A stretch of 64,000 nt of DNA from a virus (taxonomy: Duplodnaviria; Heunggongvirae; Uroviricota; Caudoviricetes): the IMG/VR virus record IMGVR_UViG_2537561935_000012, one strand, 5' to 3'. The notes under the pieces were generated by a model. It saw only the letters and a program-made list of their open reading frames with translations. It did no database searches and was not told the origin of the DNA. Position numbers and translations under genes: made by a program. Positions 10,393 through 23,165 of the stretch are shown piece after piece. How positions within the stretch are numbered: the first letter of the stretch is position 1; each line of letters starts with the position of its first letter.

Positions 10393-11179
10393 AATCGCTT
10401 TCCACTTCTTCCGTGGTGTTTTCTTGCAGTTCTGTTAATGCAGCACGACATAGGTTCCGGGCATTGGCTATAGCCACACTTTTGACTTCATCCGTCATCG
10501 TGCAGGTAATGTACTGATCGAGTTCTTCAGCGCGGATGATGCTTTTGCCAATCAGAAACTGTATTTGCCAGAGCAGATCGGCATCCATAATCAGAATTTC
10601 TGCCGGGCCTTCAGGGCCAGCCGGGAAGGAAACATAAGACTGTTTGCCCAGGCCGATAACTCGACAACTTGCTTCAAGAATTGCGCGCTTGAGGTCTGAC
10701 TTTGTAACTGAAACAGGTTGATTTTCACCTGCGATTACGCCGTTGACATGGATGTGGAAAGGCATGTAGCTTGAAATTCGCTCTACTTTCCATACGCCAG
10801 CAAGCGATCCTTCATGCAGCACAATGGGGGTAACCGCGAGTTTCATCTCACCATATAACTGCTGGCAGATGGCTGGATTGCTGAATACATCCAAAGGTTC
10901 ACACTCAAACAGCGGCGCAATCTGCATGAGGTCCATCATGGTCATACCAGGGGTACGAGCAGTAATGAATCTGCGCATGCCAGTATCCATTGTGCGCCAG
11001 ATAGCTACACCATGCTTTTTGCTCACTTCTTCAGTGAAGCCAAGGTGGCACATGATGGTTTTTTCGATAGCCAGATCAGAGATAGAAACCTTTTCGCCAG
11101 GTACACCATCATTATTGATGGTCACTTCGACACTCTGGCCATTACGCAGGCGGTATTGAATTGCTTTAGTATTTTCCAC
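10391..11179 (-). CDS. hxr: Hxr-like protein, function unknown
   Basis: 262 aa ORF with GTG start and upstream GGAG; synteny with P1 hxr. Confidence 0.45.
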   Translation of the reverse strand: MENTKAIQYRLRNGQSVEVTINNDGVPGEKVSISDLAIEKTIMCHLGFTEEVSKKHGVAIWRTMDTGMRRFITARTPGMTMMDLMQIAPLFECEPLDVFSNPAICQQLYGEMKLAVTPIVLHEGSLAGVWKVERISSYMPFHIHVNGVIAGENQPVSVTKSDLKRAILEASCRVIGLGKQSYVSFPAGPEGPAEILIMDADLLWQIQFLIGKSIIRAEELDQYITCTMTDEVKSVAIANARNLCRAALTELQENTTEEVESD

Positions 11180-11185
11180 GTTAAA

Positions 11186-11863
11186 TCACTCCACTACAAA
11201 CCAGTCACATGCCAGTAAGTCGCATACAGAAGGCACCCACGGAACAACTACACCTTGTGCATTTTTTAAGGCGAAATAAGCACCATACGGAACGAGGTCG
11301 CCGGGGAAATATCCCTTAATGGCTTCCATTCGTGCCGGGTACTGTCCTTCAGGAACCAGCCAGCAGAATTGGTTTTCGCCGTTCCACCCGCGTCGAGCAA
11401 CTTTCTTGCCATCCTTCAGCCACATCAGCGCGTCAGAAAAGTCGGCTGCTTCAAGGTCGATTTCTTCTTGTGTGGTAATGATGCCACTGGCAGCAATAGT
11501 TACGTCCCTGGCTGTAATGAATGTCACCCCATTGTGACCTTCAATACTGAGCGATACCCCATTTTCGAAGAAGTCGTTAGTCCGACTAAAGCCTTCTTCA
11601 AATGTTTTTTCTGGTGAATAGGACAGAGATCCGTCCTCATAAGCGACCAGATATCCGCCAATTTCTGGTCGGTGTTTTTGCAAAAACATTTTATCAACAT
11701 GGACTTTTACCCCTTCTGGCTCAACGACTTCGATGTTGCAAAAAAGGACCACATCCATTAGGGCGATAATTTCGATATCTTTGATTTTTGAGGCGCGAAC
11801 TGTTTTATGGCTTTTGTATTTTGGAAGTGCCGTCAAAAGCTCTTTCGTTGTCATGTTATTCAT
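11186..11863 (-). CDS. Protein with C-terminal DUF2829 (Tad2-like) domain and an uncharacterised N-terminal domain
   Basis: ATG at 11863 with AGAGGAAAG RBS. C-terminal about 85 aa FSDALMWLKDGKKVARRGWNGENQFCWLVPEG ... DWFVVE fit the F-x-x-AL-x-x-LK-x-GKKV-x-R-x-GW pattern I associate with DUF2829/Tad2 sponge proteins. Confidence 0.5.
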   Translation of the reverse strand: MNNMTTKELLTALPKYKSHKTVRASKIKDIEIIALMDVVLFCNIEVVEPEGVKVHVDKMFLQKHRPEIGGYLVAYEDGSLSYSPEKTFEEGFSRTNDFFENGVSLSIEGHNGVTFITARDVTIAASGIITTQEEIDLEAADFSDALMWLKDGKKVARRGWNGENQFCWLVPEGQYPARMEAIKGYFPGDLVPYGAYFALKNAQGVVVPWVPSVCDLLACDWFVVE

Positions 11864-12060
11864 AGTCTTTCCTCTGCTTAAAACCTGATGTATTGCGCCT
11901 TCAGGTGGGTCAGGAATGTTTTCCCACCAGCGAAAGCAATATCTCGGGGTGTTCTTTTCGTGAAAAGCGCGTGCCATTGCCAACTTTGGCGTTTGTTTGC
12001 GAGTTCGTGCTTTTGTCGGCGTCTGGACCACCGCTTTTCTTTCAGTCGTTTTTTACACAT

Positions 12061-12549
12061 TCAAAACGGAATATCGTCGTCAAAGTCCATTGGAGGTTCG
12101 TTATTGGCGTTGCTCTGAGGTTTACCGCCACCACTGTATTGCTGGTGGTTTTGAGGTTGGTTTGATTGCCCCCAGCCATTTGAGGACTGTGAATCGTCAC
12201 GGCGAGCGCCGATCATTTGCATGGTGCCGCCCTGGCTGACGATAATTTCCGTCGTGTAACGTTCTACACCGGCGTCATCTGTCCACTTACGGGTTTTAAG
12301 TTTCCCTTCGATGTAGACCTGAGAACCTTTTCGTAAATACTCACTCGCAATTTCAGCAAGTTTTCCGAACAAAACGACTTTATGCCATTCTGTTTGCTCT
12401 TTCTGTTGGCCTGTTTGCTTGCCCCGCCATGATTCATTCGTTGCGATGCTGAGTCTTCCGACCGCGCCGCCATTTGGTATATACCTGATCTCCGGGTCTT
12501 GCCCCAGGGTACCAATCAGGATGACTTTGTTTACACCGCGTTGTGCCAC
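12061..12549 (-). CDS. ssb: Single-stranded DNA-binding protein
   Basis: 162 aa, OB-fold N-terminus, Gly/Gln-rich linker and acidic C-terminal tail DFDDDIPF; near-identical in pattern to E. coli/P1 SSB. Confidence 0.95.
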   Translation of the reverse strand: MAQRGVNKVILIGTLGQDPEIRYIPNGGAVGRLSIATNESWRGKQTGQQKEQTEWHKVVLFGKLAEIASEYLRKGSQVYIEGKLKTRKWTDDAGVERYTTEIIVSQGGTMQMIGARRDDSQSSNGWGQSNQPQNHQQYSGGGKPQSNANNEPPMDFDDDIPF

Positions 12550-12568
12550 TTATCTTACCTAATAAAAT

Positions 12569-12585
12569 AAATTAATTAGAGCAAT
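12569..12585 (-). promoter_or_regulatory. C1 repressor operator-like site upstream of ssb
   Basis: AAATTAATTAGAGCAAT: one mismatch to the reverse complement of the P1 C1 operator consensus ATTGCTCTAATAAATTT. Confidence 0.6.
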
Positions 12586-12718
12586 AATGTATATCTTTGA
12601 AACGTAGCTAACAAGTGATTTGCATTATCCTGTGCCTTCTAAAGGGATCGAGTCAGTCGGTATTGGCTGTGAATGAGTGTTTGTCCTGGAGCGTAAAAAA
12701 TTCGCTTATGAGGTCTTT

Positions 12719-13276
12719 ATGAAGGGAAAAACAGCCGCAGGAGGCGGTGCAATTTGCGCTATCGCGGTGATGATTACCATCGTGATGGGTAATGGCAATG
12801 TGCGAACCAACCAGGCAGGGCTTGAGCTGATTGGTAACGCTGAAGGTTGCCGACGTGATCCATACATGTGCCCGGCGGGGGTATGGACTGACGGGATCGG
12901 TAATACACACGGGGGAACGCCGGGTGTGCGAAAAACCGACCAGCAAATCGCCGCTGATTGGGAAAAGAATATCCTGATCGCTGAACGCTGTATTAATCAG
13001 CACTTCCGGGGCAAAGACATGCCCGATAATGCCTTCAGTGCAATGACAAGCGCGGCATTCAATATGGGATGTAATAGCTTACGGACCTACTACAGCAAAG
13101 CGCGAGGCATGCGAGTAGAAACGTCCATCCACAAGTGGGCGCAGAAAGGGGAATGGGTGAATATGTGTAACCATCTCCCTGATTTCGTGAACAGTAACGG
13201 CGTGCCCCTGCGAGGTTTAAAGATTCGCCGTGAAAAAGAACGCCAGCTTTGCCTGACGGGACTGGTCAATGAATAA
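12719..13276 (+). CDS. lyz: Endolysin, T4-lysozyme-like with N-terminal SAR (signal-arrest-release) hydrophobic segment
   Basis: 185 aa from ATG 12719 (RBS GAGG); N-terminal AAGGGAICAIAVMITIVMG hydrophobic segment followed by lysozyme-like core; track ORF starts 42 nt earlier. Confidence 0.85.
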   Translation: MKGKTAAGGGAICAIAVMITIVMGNGNVRTNQAGLELIGNAEGCRRDPYMCPAGVWTDGIGNTHGGTPGVRKTDQQIAADWEKNILIAERCINQHFRGKDMPDNAFSAMTSAAFNMGCNSLRTYYSKARGMRVETSIHKWAQKGEWVNMCNHLPDFVNSNGVPLRGLKIRREKERQLCLTGLVNE

Positions 13277-13523
13277 ACTCCGGCAGCTCCGCCGACTTTC
13301 GACAATGAAGTTATCGCTGGCGGCGATAGTTTTCGACTCGATTTTCATGGCGGTATATGTGCTCAATGAGACGTGGCCACTGGAACCGCTATTGTATGCT
13401 GGGCTTCGGCTGTGCCTGACATTTTTGAGCATGGCTGCAAGATTGATGCAGCAGAAAGAAACCGCTTCAGATTGTCCACGCCGCGCGGTGCGCAAATATA
13501 TGGCACGCAGGCGAAGGCGATAA
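13269..13523 (+). CDS. Small lysis-accessory membrane protein (LydC/LydD-like)
   Basis: 84 aa, one TM segment, Arg-rich C-terminus, overlaps lyz stop. Confidence 0.4.
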   Translation: MNKLRQLRRLSTMKLSLAAIVFDSIFMAVYVLNETWPLEPLLYAGLRLCLTFLSMAARLMQQKETASDCPRRAVRKYMARRRRR

Positions 13524-13534
13524 TAGTTAACGAG

Positions 13535-13562
13535 AACCCCGGCATCCGCCGGGGTTATTTTT
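13535..13562. terminator. Bidirectional rho-independent terminator
   Basis: Hairpin AACCCCGGC-ATCC-GCCGGGGTT followed by ATTTTT, between convergent lysis genes (+) and pro (-). Confidence 0.6.
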
Positions 13563-13567
13563 GGTGG

Positions 13568-16298
<2,731 letters not shown>

Positions 16299-16364
16299 TT
16301 AATTAGAATAATTCGCATCGTGTTTGAACGGAATTTAACACTAGTCACTTGTTAAGGATTACCA

Positions 16365-19300
16365 ATGAACAAGCTATCTATGGGGGTGTTTCGCTGTTCA
16401 AGTGTCAGCGAAATATTGAAATACATTAGGGCAATAACATCTCACCGAGCGCCGATTAGATACGGCGTGGAAAAGGTGGAAGGCAAAAGCTATGACCGAC
16501 TACGCCGGGAGGCGAATCAGAAGGCGATAGATTTGCTTAATTCGCTGGTGGACGGCGCGACACTGACAGATGAACAGCGCCAGATCCTGGCTGGGTACAC
16601 CGGTGAAGGCGGCATTGGCGGGTCCGTCTCCGAATATTACACACCAAAGTCGATCGCTGAAGGTGTCTGGGAGATCATGAAGCTCTACGGCGCGGACGTA
16701 GGTAACACTCTGGAACCATCGGCGGGAACCGGCGTTTTTAATGAGACAAAACCGGTTGGTACGGTGATGACCGCGACTGAGATCAGCAGTGTTTCCGGTC
16801 GTATAAACCAGTTGTTACACCCGGAAGACAGCGTACAGATTTCCCCGTTCGAACAGCTGGCTATAAGCACGCCTAACGATTCATTCGACCATGTTGTGGG
16901 TAACGTTCCGTTCGGCGGTCGTGATAACACACGCAACATCGATAAGCCTTACGCAGAAGAAACGGACATGGGTTCTTACTTCATGCTCCGCATGCTGGAC
17001 AAGATAAAGCCTGGCGGATTCATGTGTGTGATTGTGCCGCCGTCCATTGTTTCAGGTTCAAACATGAAGCGGTTACGCCTGCGCCTATCACGGAAAGCTG
17101 AATTTCTTGGCGCTCACCGCTTGCCTACCGGTACTTTTGACGCAAACGGGACCAGTACAGTCGTTGATGTGGTGCTGATGCGCAAACATCCGGCAGAGAT
17201 GGCTGAGAAAATCCCCCTGGTGGATGAAGGCACTCTTGAATCGGCAAATGTGCTTTGGCCAACGTTTATTTCTGGCAAGTGGTTTGAAAAGGATGGCCGC
17301 CGGTTTGTTCATGGCACCCAGGAAAAGGGCTTCCAGGGGCGTATTGAGGTTCGTGCCGACGGTCAGATTGATAACCAGGCTCTTAAAGCGAAGCTGATTC
17401 ATCGTTTCGAAAGCCGTATCGACTGGTCTTTGCTCGATATGGCTGAACCGTCACCGACCGCAGACGTTGTTGGTGAAGGGGAAATGCGCCTGATTAATGG
17501 TGTATGGCAAAAATATGCTGGTGGTCGCTGGATTGAAGCTGATGCCGGGAAGGAACTTAAGATCGATGCTGCCAGTTATGGCGCGGATAGCTGGGAGGCT
17601 CTTCAGCGTAACCTGACTACAACAGAAGGCCGTCTCGGCATGACATTTACCCAGATGGCAAATGTCCGCGATAAGTACACCACATCAATCAGCGACGATA
17701 TGGTGCAGCTGGTGGACTGGATTAACAGCCAGCCTGAAAAATACCGTGAACGCTTGTATCGCGGGGCGATGATTGGCCGGATGTTAATTGAATATCAGGA
17801 CATGAAGGCCGCCGGGCATAGTGCTGAACAAATCGAACAGCAGCGCCTTTCTCTGGTATCCAGTTTGCAGGCAGAGATTGACCGTTTTGGTAACCCCGGT
17901 CGCGGTCCGATAGCGAAATTATCGGGGAGCGGTGCGCGCGCCTGGTTTGCTTTCCGTGGTGCAATTAAGCTGGATGGCACTATTTCTGACGAGCTGACAG
18001 GAAAACTGGTTACGCATGATTCCAGCGCCAGTTATGACTCCACCAGCTATCAGGACACCCTGCGTTATCTCTACAGTGATCTCACTCGCGATCCAATCCA
18101 GCTCGATGATTTCCGCCTTGCGTTTACCGGCGAACTGCCAGCCAGTGATGACGAGTTGCTTAATTTATTGGCCAGCACCCCTGGCATTGCGGTTTCACCG
18201 TATGGCGGGATTGTTCCGTTCGCCCGCGCCACCAGCGGCGACATTAACGAGATAGTGGCACCAAAACAGGAATTCCTTGCCACACTCCCCGACGGTCCAG
18301 TAAAGAACAACGTCCTTAATCAGCTGGCAGCGATCGAAGAGAAGCGCATCAAGACGCCAGCAGAGAATATCCGCTTTAAGCTCAATAGCCGTTGGTTCGA
18401 CCGTTCCGTCATTCTGGAATTTTTGCAGGAAAACGGCTATCCGGATCTTCGCTATGTGCAGTCAGTGCAGCTGGAAGGCGACGAAATGGTTTCTGACACC
18501 TATCACGGTGGTGATGGTCTGTTCGTCGGGCACCGATACGGTGTCGTCCAGCGCAAGGATAAAGAAACAGGCGAGATCCGCTACGAGTGGGATCGTAAAT
18601 CAGGTGAAAACGCGACCGGGTTCCCGGCACAGCTGGAAAAGTATCTCAATGGTGCGCGTATCGGTGGCAAAGATAGCGCGACGGCGAACGGCTACCGCGA
18701 GCAGATGGCACTGCTTGAGGACCAGTTCAATAAGTGGATCAAGACGCACGATCGCTACGATGAACTGGTTACCAAATACAACGATGTGTTCAATAGCAAT
18801 ATCCCGTATGAACACTCTGGCGATCCGCTTGGGTTGAAGGGATTAAGCGGTAAGCGCCAGCCATTTGATTACCAGAATAGCGAGGTGCGCCGACTGTCCG
18901 AAGATGGGCGCGGCATCCTGGGCTTCGGCACCGGGCTGGGTAAAACCACGACCGCGCTGGCGCTTGAGGCGTTCAACTATGAGAACGGTCGCTCCACCCG
19001 TACTGCGTATGTAGTGCCTAAATCAGTGCTGGAAAACTGGTATTACGAAGCAAAAGAATTCCTGAGTGAAGAGGCATTCAGTAACTACCTGTTCGTCGGT
19101 CTTGATGTGCTGATGGATGGCGATCAGATTCGCCAGGTGCCGGTGCTCGATGAGAACGGTAAACCTGTTCTTGGTACTGATGGCACTCCCGTTATGCGCG
19201 ATGCTCTTAAGCTGGCAGATGAAGCCACTATCACGGCGCGGATGAACGCGATCCCGCACTCAAATTACCGTGCAGTCGTGTTTACCAAAGAACAATACGC

Positions 19301-22300
19301 CCGCATTCCTCTACGTGATGACACCGTAGATGAGCATGCACAGGATATGCTTTATGACTTCGTTGCCGCCGGGCGCGTAGCCAGCGCAATGGATTCCGAT
19401 TCCCATCGCAAAGAGGCGGCGCGTCGCCGGGGATTGTCGGAGTATTCAGATACCGGTACCGAAAAAGCAGAGAAGTATCCGTACTTTGAGGATATGGGCT
19501 TCGATAGTGTGATCGCTGACGAAGGTCACAACTACCGCAATAGCTATAAAAATGGTCGCGAAGCGTCACAACTGGCCTATCTGCCCACCAGCGCGGTGGC
19601 GCAATCGGCGCGAGATATGGCAATTAAAAACGCGTACCTGATGAAAAAGAATGGCGGGCGCGGGCCGGTTCTCCTGACTGCAACGCCAGTCGTTAACACC
19701 CCGATCGATGCATACAACATGCTTTCTCATGTTCTGCCGAAGGAATACTGGCAGAACATGGGGATCTACGGTCCTGATGACTTCGTTAAATTCTTCGGCA
19801 AGACCAGGCTGGAAACGGTGCAGAAAATCAGCGGTGAAGTTGAAGAAAAAATGGCGCTGGTGGGCTTTGAAAACCTTGATGCGCTGCGCGGTATATTCCA
19901 TCGCTGGGTAACGCTTAAAACGGCGGAAGACGTTAAGGATACCGTGGAGATCCCGGAGCTGGACGAACACCAGCAGGATGCACCACTTACTGAAGAACAA
20001 CTGGCGGCGTATGAAGAATTGCGTCAGCAGGCGGAAGCGGCGGCAAAAGCCAACAATGGCGTTACGACCTCGGTCAATGAAGACGGCGTGATTGAGCACG
20101 AGAAAGCCCGTCCGATCTTCTCAATAATCAGGGATATGGACCGCGTATGTACTGACATGGACCTGTACTATCGCCGGATCACCTATCGTTTCCTGCCGGA
20201 GTACGCCGATGCGGTGCAGCAGCTGGCGGACAGTTTGCCTAAACAAGCCACCAGCGAAGACGACGACAGTGATGATTCAATCACGCAGCAATCGCAATAC
20301 TCCCTGATAGATAAGGGCGAGTTTATTCAGTTGCAGGTTCCGGAAGCGTTCGAGCAGGAAGTGAATAAGCGCCTGGCCAGGTTTGGCATTGACGAACAGA
20401 CCGTAACTCACCCCGTTACGCCGAAATACGCGAAGCTGATCGCCACGCTGAAGGAGTTTTTCCCGGAAGGGAAGCAAATCATCTTCACCGACGAAAAAAC
20501 GCAGCACCAGAAGCTCAAGCGCATTATCTGCAATGCTCTTAACCTTGAACCTTCAAAGGTAGGGATCCTGAATGCTCAGACGGTTGCCGAGGCAGGTAAA
20601 ACCGGTAAGAAACTGAAAGCGGTTAAACCGCCGAAAGAGTTACCGGATGAACCAACAGATGCACAGATAGCGAAATACAACGAGCAAATGGCTCTGTATG
20701 ACGCCTATATCGCGCAGCAAAATGAAATGTCGTTGGGCGGTCTGGAAAAGATTGCAGCCGACTTCCAGGAGGGCCGGACTCCGATCATCATCTGCAACAA
20801 AAAGGCAGAGGTGGGTATCAACCTGCATCGAGGAACGACTGACATCCATCATCTGACGTTGCCATGGACACCAGCCAGTATCGCACAGCGTAACGGTCGC
20901 GGTGCTCGAGTTGGCTCCAACCGTGCAAGCGTTCGCGTTCACTACTACTGCGGCAAGGGGTCTTTCGATGAATACCGATTGAAGACGCTGAAGCGTAAAG
21001 CAGGCTGGATCTCCGATATCCTCCGTTCAGATAAGTCGGAAATGGAGAACGCCGACGCCAATGACATGATCGAAATGCAGATGTATACCGCGAAGGATGA
21101 CGGCGAACGTCTGGCAATGATGCAGGTTCAAATGGATAAGGCGAAAGCTGCGAAACGCGCTCGCCAGAAAGAACAGGCTACTATCGACCTTCAGAATTAC
21201 ATCAAGGCGCAGCACGCAGCTGGCGAGGATGTGGAGGTACTTACCGCTGAATTAGAGCGAAGCAAAGCGGAACTTGAAAAGACCACCGCCGAGGTAGCTA
21301 AATTCAAACAGGCGGTAATGGCCAAAGCAGCTGATAACGCAGACTGGAAAGCCCGCTGGGGTAGCGTCCATCACACAGACCGTACGTTGTTAGCACAGTA
21401 TCGCGCGTCGTTGAAAAGCGCCATTCAGCGCAAGGCTAATATCTCTCAGGCCATCTCCCGCTATGAGAAATTATTGAACCGTACTCAGAAGGCCGCGACG
21501 GATATCAAACGCCTGCGCCCGCTGGTGGAGGATGCAATAAATAAAGGCATTCTGGATGTTGATCCTGATCTGGTTAACCATGCGAGTGAGTTCCTTGTTA
21601 TCGGCGATCGCTCATGGCGTGTAGGCCAATACTACGATTGTGCCGGTGATATCGTTCGCATTAAGTCGCTGGACTTCGACAGCCAGCGCGCAGACGTGGA
21701 GATCATCTTTACCTTCAAAGGCACCAAATCGGGTAACTGGGATGTGAAGACGCTGGATAAACAGGTGGATGTAACTCCCGATGAAGATGCTGTTATGCAG
21801 AAAATCAGTGGTGGCGTCTCCATCGCCGGGATTAACGACATCATTTCCTGTGACGATTTCTACCGTTTCCAGCAGCGCGGCATGATCAAAATCACTGACT
21901 CGTACGGCGTTCAGACTACAGAGTCAGGCTATAGCATTGATTTTGTTGGTACCTATACGGACCCACTGAAGCATGCGGTTTACCCGGATCGCCGTGACGG
22001 CGCGCTGAAGTCGTCAATTGCAAAATGGGTGCTTGGTATGATGTCGGAAGGGAATAACCGCCAGATCCGTTCGGCAGAAACATTCCTGGTTGAATTGTTT
22101 GGCTCCAATTATGGCGATGTAATCGCGTCATACGGAGATACGCTATCCCCTGAAGCAATTCAGGAGAAAATAGCGGATGCGATCGCCAGAATGCCGGAAA
22201 AAACAAGCCAGGGGGCTACTCGTAACGGGGATTCTGAACTTGAAGTCACCAATGCCATTTTCGGTACCAATGAGTTCCGGGCGTCAGATTATGAGATCAC

Positions 22301-23132
22301 CACAGCACAGTTTGGCACCATTGACATTTACAGCAATAAAGCCGAGATCAAGCAGGCAATGGACGCAGCAAGCGCGCGCATCGCAGCAGAACGGGAAGCC
22401 AATCTGAATCATGCAGTCGCCGCGCTGACTCAATCGTGGGTAACAGCAATCAGGGAGGCCGCCACCACAGGGAAAATCACACCTGCAATAGCGGATGTCG
22501 TAAACGACGGCTCTAAATTTATGGATGCCTATCAAATGGATGCGGTGAAGTTGCCATCAGCCTATGGTCAACTCAGCTATCGCATGACCTACAACCTGGT
22601 ATCAATGTTTTCCGACCTTGCCATCCTTGGGCTGGTGGATCTTAACGAGGTTACGCCGGAATTGCTCAGCATGCGCAAGAATCATGTGGAGATATTGCAG
22701 AGAATTAACACGGTTCTTGCCGGGCGCACCGATGAAGAGAAACAGGCCGACGCTGATCGGATAAACCTGGCCCTTGGCAACATCACGGAGGAAGAGATTG
22801 CCGCCAGAAACGAGAAACAAGAAGAGTTATCATCAATACAGGGTGATGCCACCAGCATAGCTCAGTCTCTTGGTCTGAATTATCGCGTATCCACCGCCGA
22901 CCTGAAGATGATGTACGCACCAAAATTCGCCGCTGGCGAGGTATTTGGGCTTCAGGAAGCCTCAGGCATGAAAGGCGTTCTTTTCCGTGCGAAAGACGCA
23001 ATCAAGGCGAAATTCGGCGCTCGCTGGCTGCCAGCGAAGGCGAAGAACAGCGATTTCCCGGGTAACTGGTGGATTATCGAGACAAAACACAACGTGGCGG
23101 ACGTTCTGGCCGTCATCCAACAATACGCATAA
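16365..23132 (+). CDS. darB: Defence-against-restriction protein DarB: N6-adenine methyltransferase domain fused to SF2 helicase domain
   Basis: 2255 aa; N-terminal MTase motifs (EPSAGTGVF; VVGNVPFGG), helicase motif I GFGTGLGKTTTA, motif II VIADEGHNY, motif VI QRNGRGARVGS; same length as P1 DarB. Confidence 0.9.
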   Translation: MNKLSMGVFRCSSVSEILKYIRAITSHRAPIRYGVEKVEGKSYDRLRREANQKAIDLLNSLVDGATLTDEQRQILAGYTGEGGIGGSVSEYYTPKSIAEGVWEIMKLYGADVGNTLEPSAGTGVFNETKPVGTVMTATEISSVSGRINQLLHPEDSVQISPFEQLAISTPNDSFDHVVGNVPFGGRDNTRNIDKPYAEETDMGSYFMLRMLDKIKPGGFMCVIVPPSIVSGSNMKRLRLRLSRKAEFLGAHRLPTGTFDANGTSTVVDVVLMRKHPAEMAEKIPLVDEGTLESANVLWPTFISGKWFEKDGRRFVHGTQEKGFQGRIEVRADGQIDNQALKAKLIHRFESRIDWSLLDMAEPSPTADVVGEGEMRLINGVWQKYAGGRWIEADAGKELKIDAASYGADSWEALQRNLTTTEGRLGMTFTQMANVRDKYTTSISDDMVQLVDWINSQPEKYRERLYRGAMIGRMLIEYQDMKAAGHSAEQIEQQRLSLVSSLQAEIDRFGNPGRGPIAKLSGSGARAWFAFRGAIKLDGTISDELTGKLVTHDSSASYDSTSYQDTLRYLYSDLTRDPIQLDDFRLAFTGELPASDDELLNLLASTPGIAVSPYGGIVPFARATSGDINEIVAPKQEFLATLPDGPVKNNVLNQLAAIEEKRIKTPAENIRFKLNSRWFDRSVILEFLQENGYPDLRYVQSVQLEGDEMVSDTYHGGDGLFVGHRYGVVQRKDKETGEIRYEWDRKSGENATGFPAQLEKYLNGARIGGKDSATANGYREQMALLEDQFNKWIKTHDRYDELVTKYNDVFNSNIPYEHSGDPLGLKGLSGKRQPFDYQNSEVRRLSEDGRGILGFGTGLGKTTTALALEAFNYENGRSTRTAYVVPKSVLENWYYEAKEFLSEEAFSNYLFVGLDVLMDGDQIRQVPVLDENGKPVLGTDGTPVMRDALKLADEATITARMNAIPHSNYRAVVFTKEQYARIPLRDDTVDEHAQDMLYDFVAAGRVASAMDSDSHRKEAARRRGLSEYSDTGTEKAEKYPYFEDMGFDSVIADEGHNYRNSYKNGREASQLAYLPTSAVAQSARDMAIKNAYLMKKNGGRGPVLLTATPVVNTPIDAYNMLSHVLPKEYWQNMGIYGPDDFVKFFGKTRLETVQKISGEVEEKMALVGFENLDALRGIFHRWVTLKTAEDVKDTVEIPELDEHQQDAPLTEEQLAAYEELRQQAEAAAKANNGVTTSVNEDGVIEHEKARPIFSIIRDMDRVCTDMDLYYRRITYRFLPEYADAVQQLADSLPKQATSEDDDSDDSITQQSQYSLIDKGEFIQLQVPEAFEQEVNKRLARFGIDEQTVTHPVTPKYAKLIATLKEFFPEGKQIIFTDEKTQHQKLKRIICNALNLEPSKVGILNAQTVAEAGKTGKKLKAVKPPKELPDEPTDAQIAKYNEQMALYDAYIAQQNEMSLGGLEKIAADFQEGRTPIIICNKKAEVGINLHRGTTDIHHLTLPWTPASIAQRNGRGARVGSNRASVRVHYYCGKGSFDEYRLKTLKRKAGWISDILRSDKSEMENADANDMIEMQMYTAKDDGERLAMMQVQMDKAKAAKRARQKEQATIDLQNYIKAQHAAGEDVEVLTAELERSKAELEKTTAEVAKFKQAVMAKAADNADWKARWGSVHHTDRTLLAQYRASLKSAIQRKANISQAISRYEKLLNRTQKAATDIKRLRPLVEDAINKGILDVDPDLVNHASEFLVIGDRSWRVGQYYDCAGDIVRIKSLDFDSQRADVEIIFTFKGTKSGNWDVKTLDKQVDVTPDEDAVMQKISGGVSIAGINDIISCDDFYRFQQRGMIKITDSYGVQTTESGYSIDFVGTYTDPLKHAVYPDRRDGALKSSIAKWVLGMMSEGNNRQIRSAETFLVELFGSNYGDVIASYGDTLSPEAIQEKIADAIARMPEKTSQGATRNGDSELEVTNAIFGTNEFRASDYEITTAQFGTIDIYSNKAEIKQAMDAASARIAAEREANLNHAVAALTQSWVTAIREAATTGKITPAIADVVNDGSKFMDAYQMDAVKLPSAYGQLSYRMTYNLVSMFSDLAILGLVDLNEVTPELLSMRKNHVEILQRINTVLAGRTDEEKQADADRINLALGNITEEEIAARNEKQEELSSIQGDATSIAQSLGLNYRVSTADLKMMYAPKFAAGEVFGLQEASGMKGVLFRAKDAIKAKFGARWLPAKAKNSDFPGNWWIIETKHNVADVLAVIQQYA

Positions 23133-23165
23133 CAGGAGCGCCCGGTTCGCCGGGCGTCGCATAAT

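Noticed and set aside
11864-12060. IS1 expected between ssb and hxr as in phage P1
   Set aside because: No transposase ORFs or terminal inverted repeats are present; the interval is 197 bp of ordinary sequence, so this element lacks IS1 at that site.
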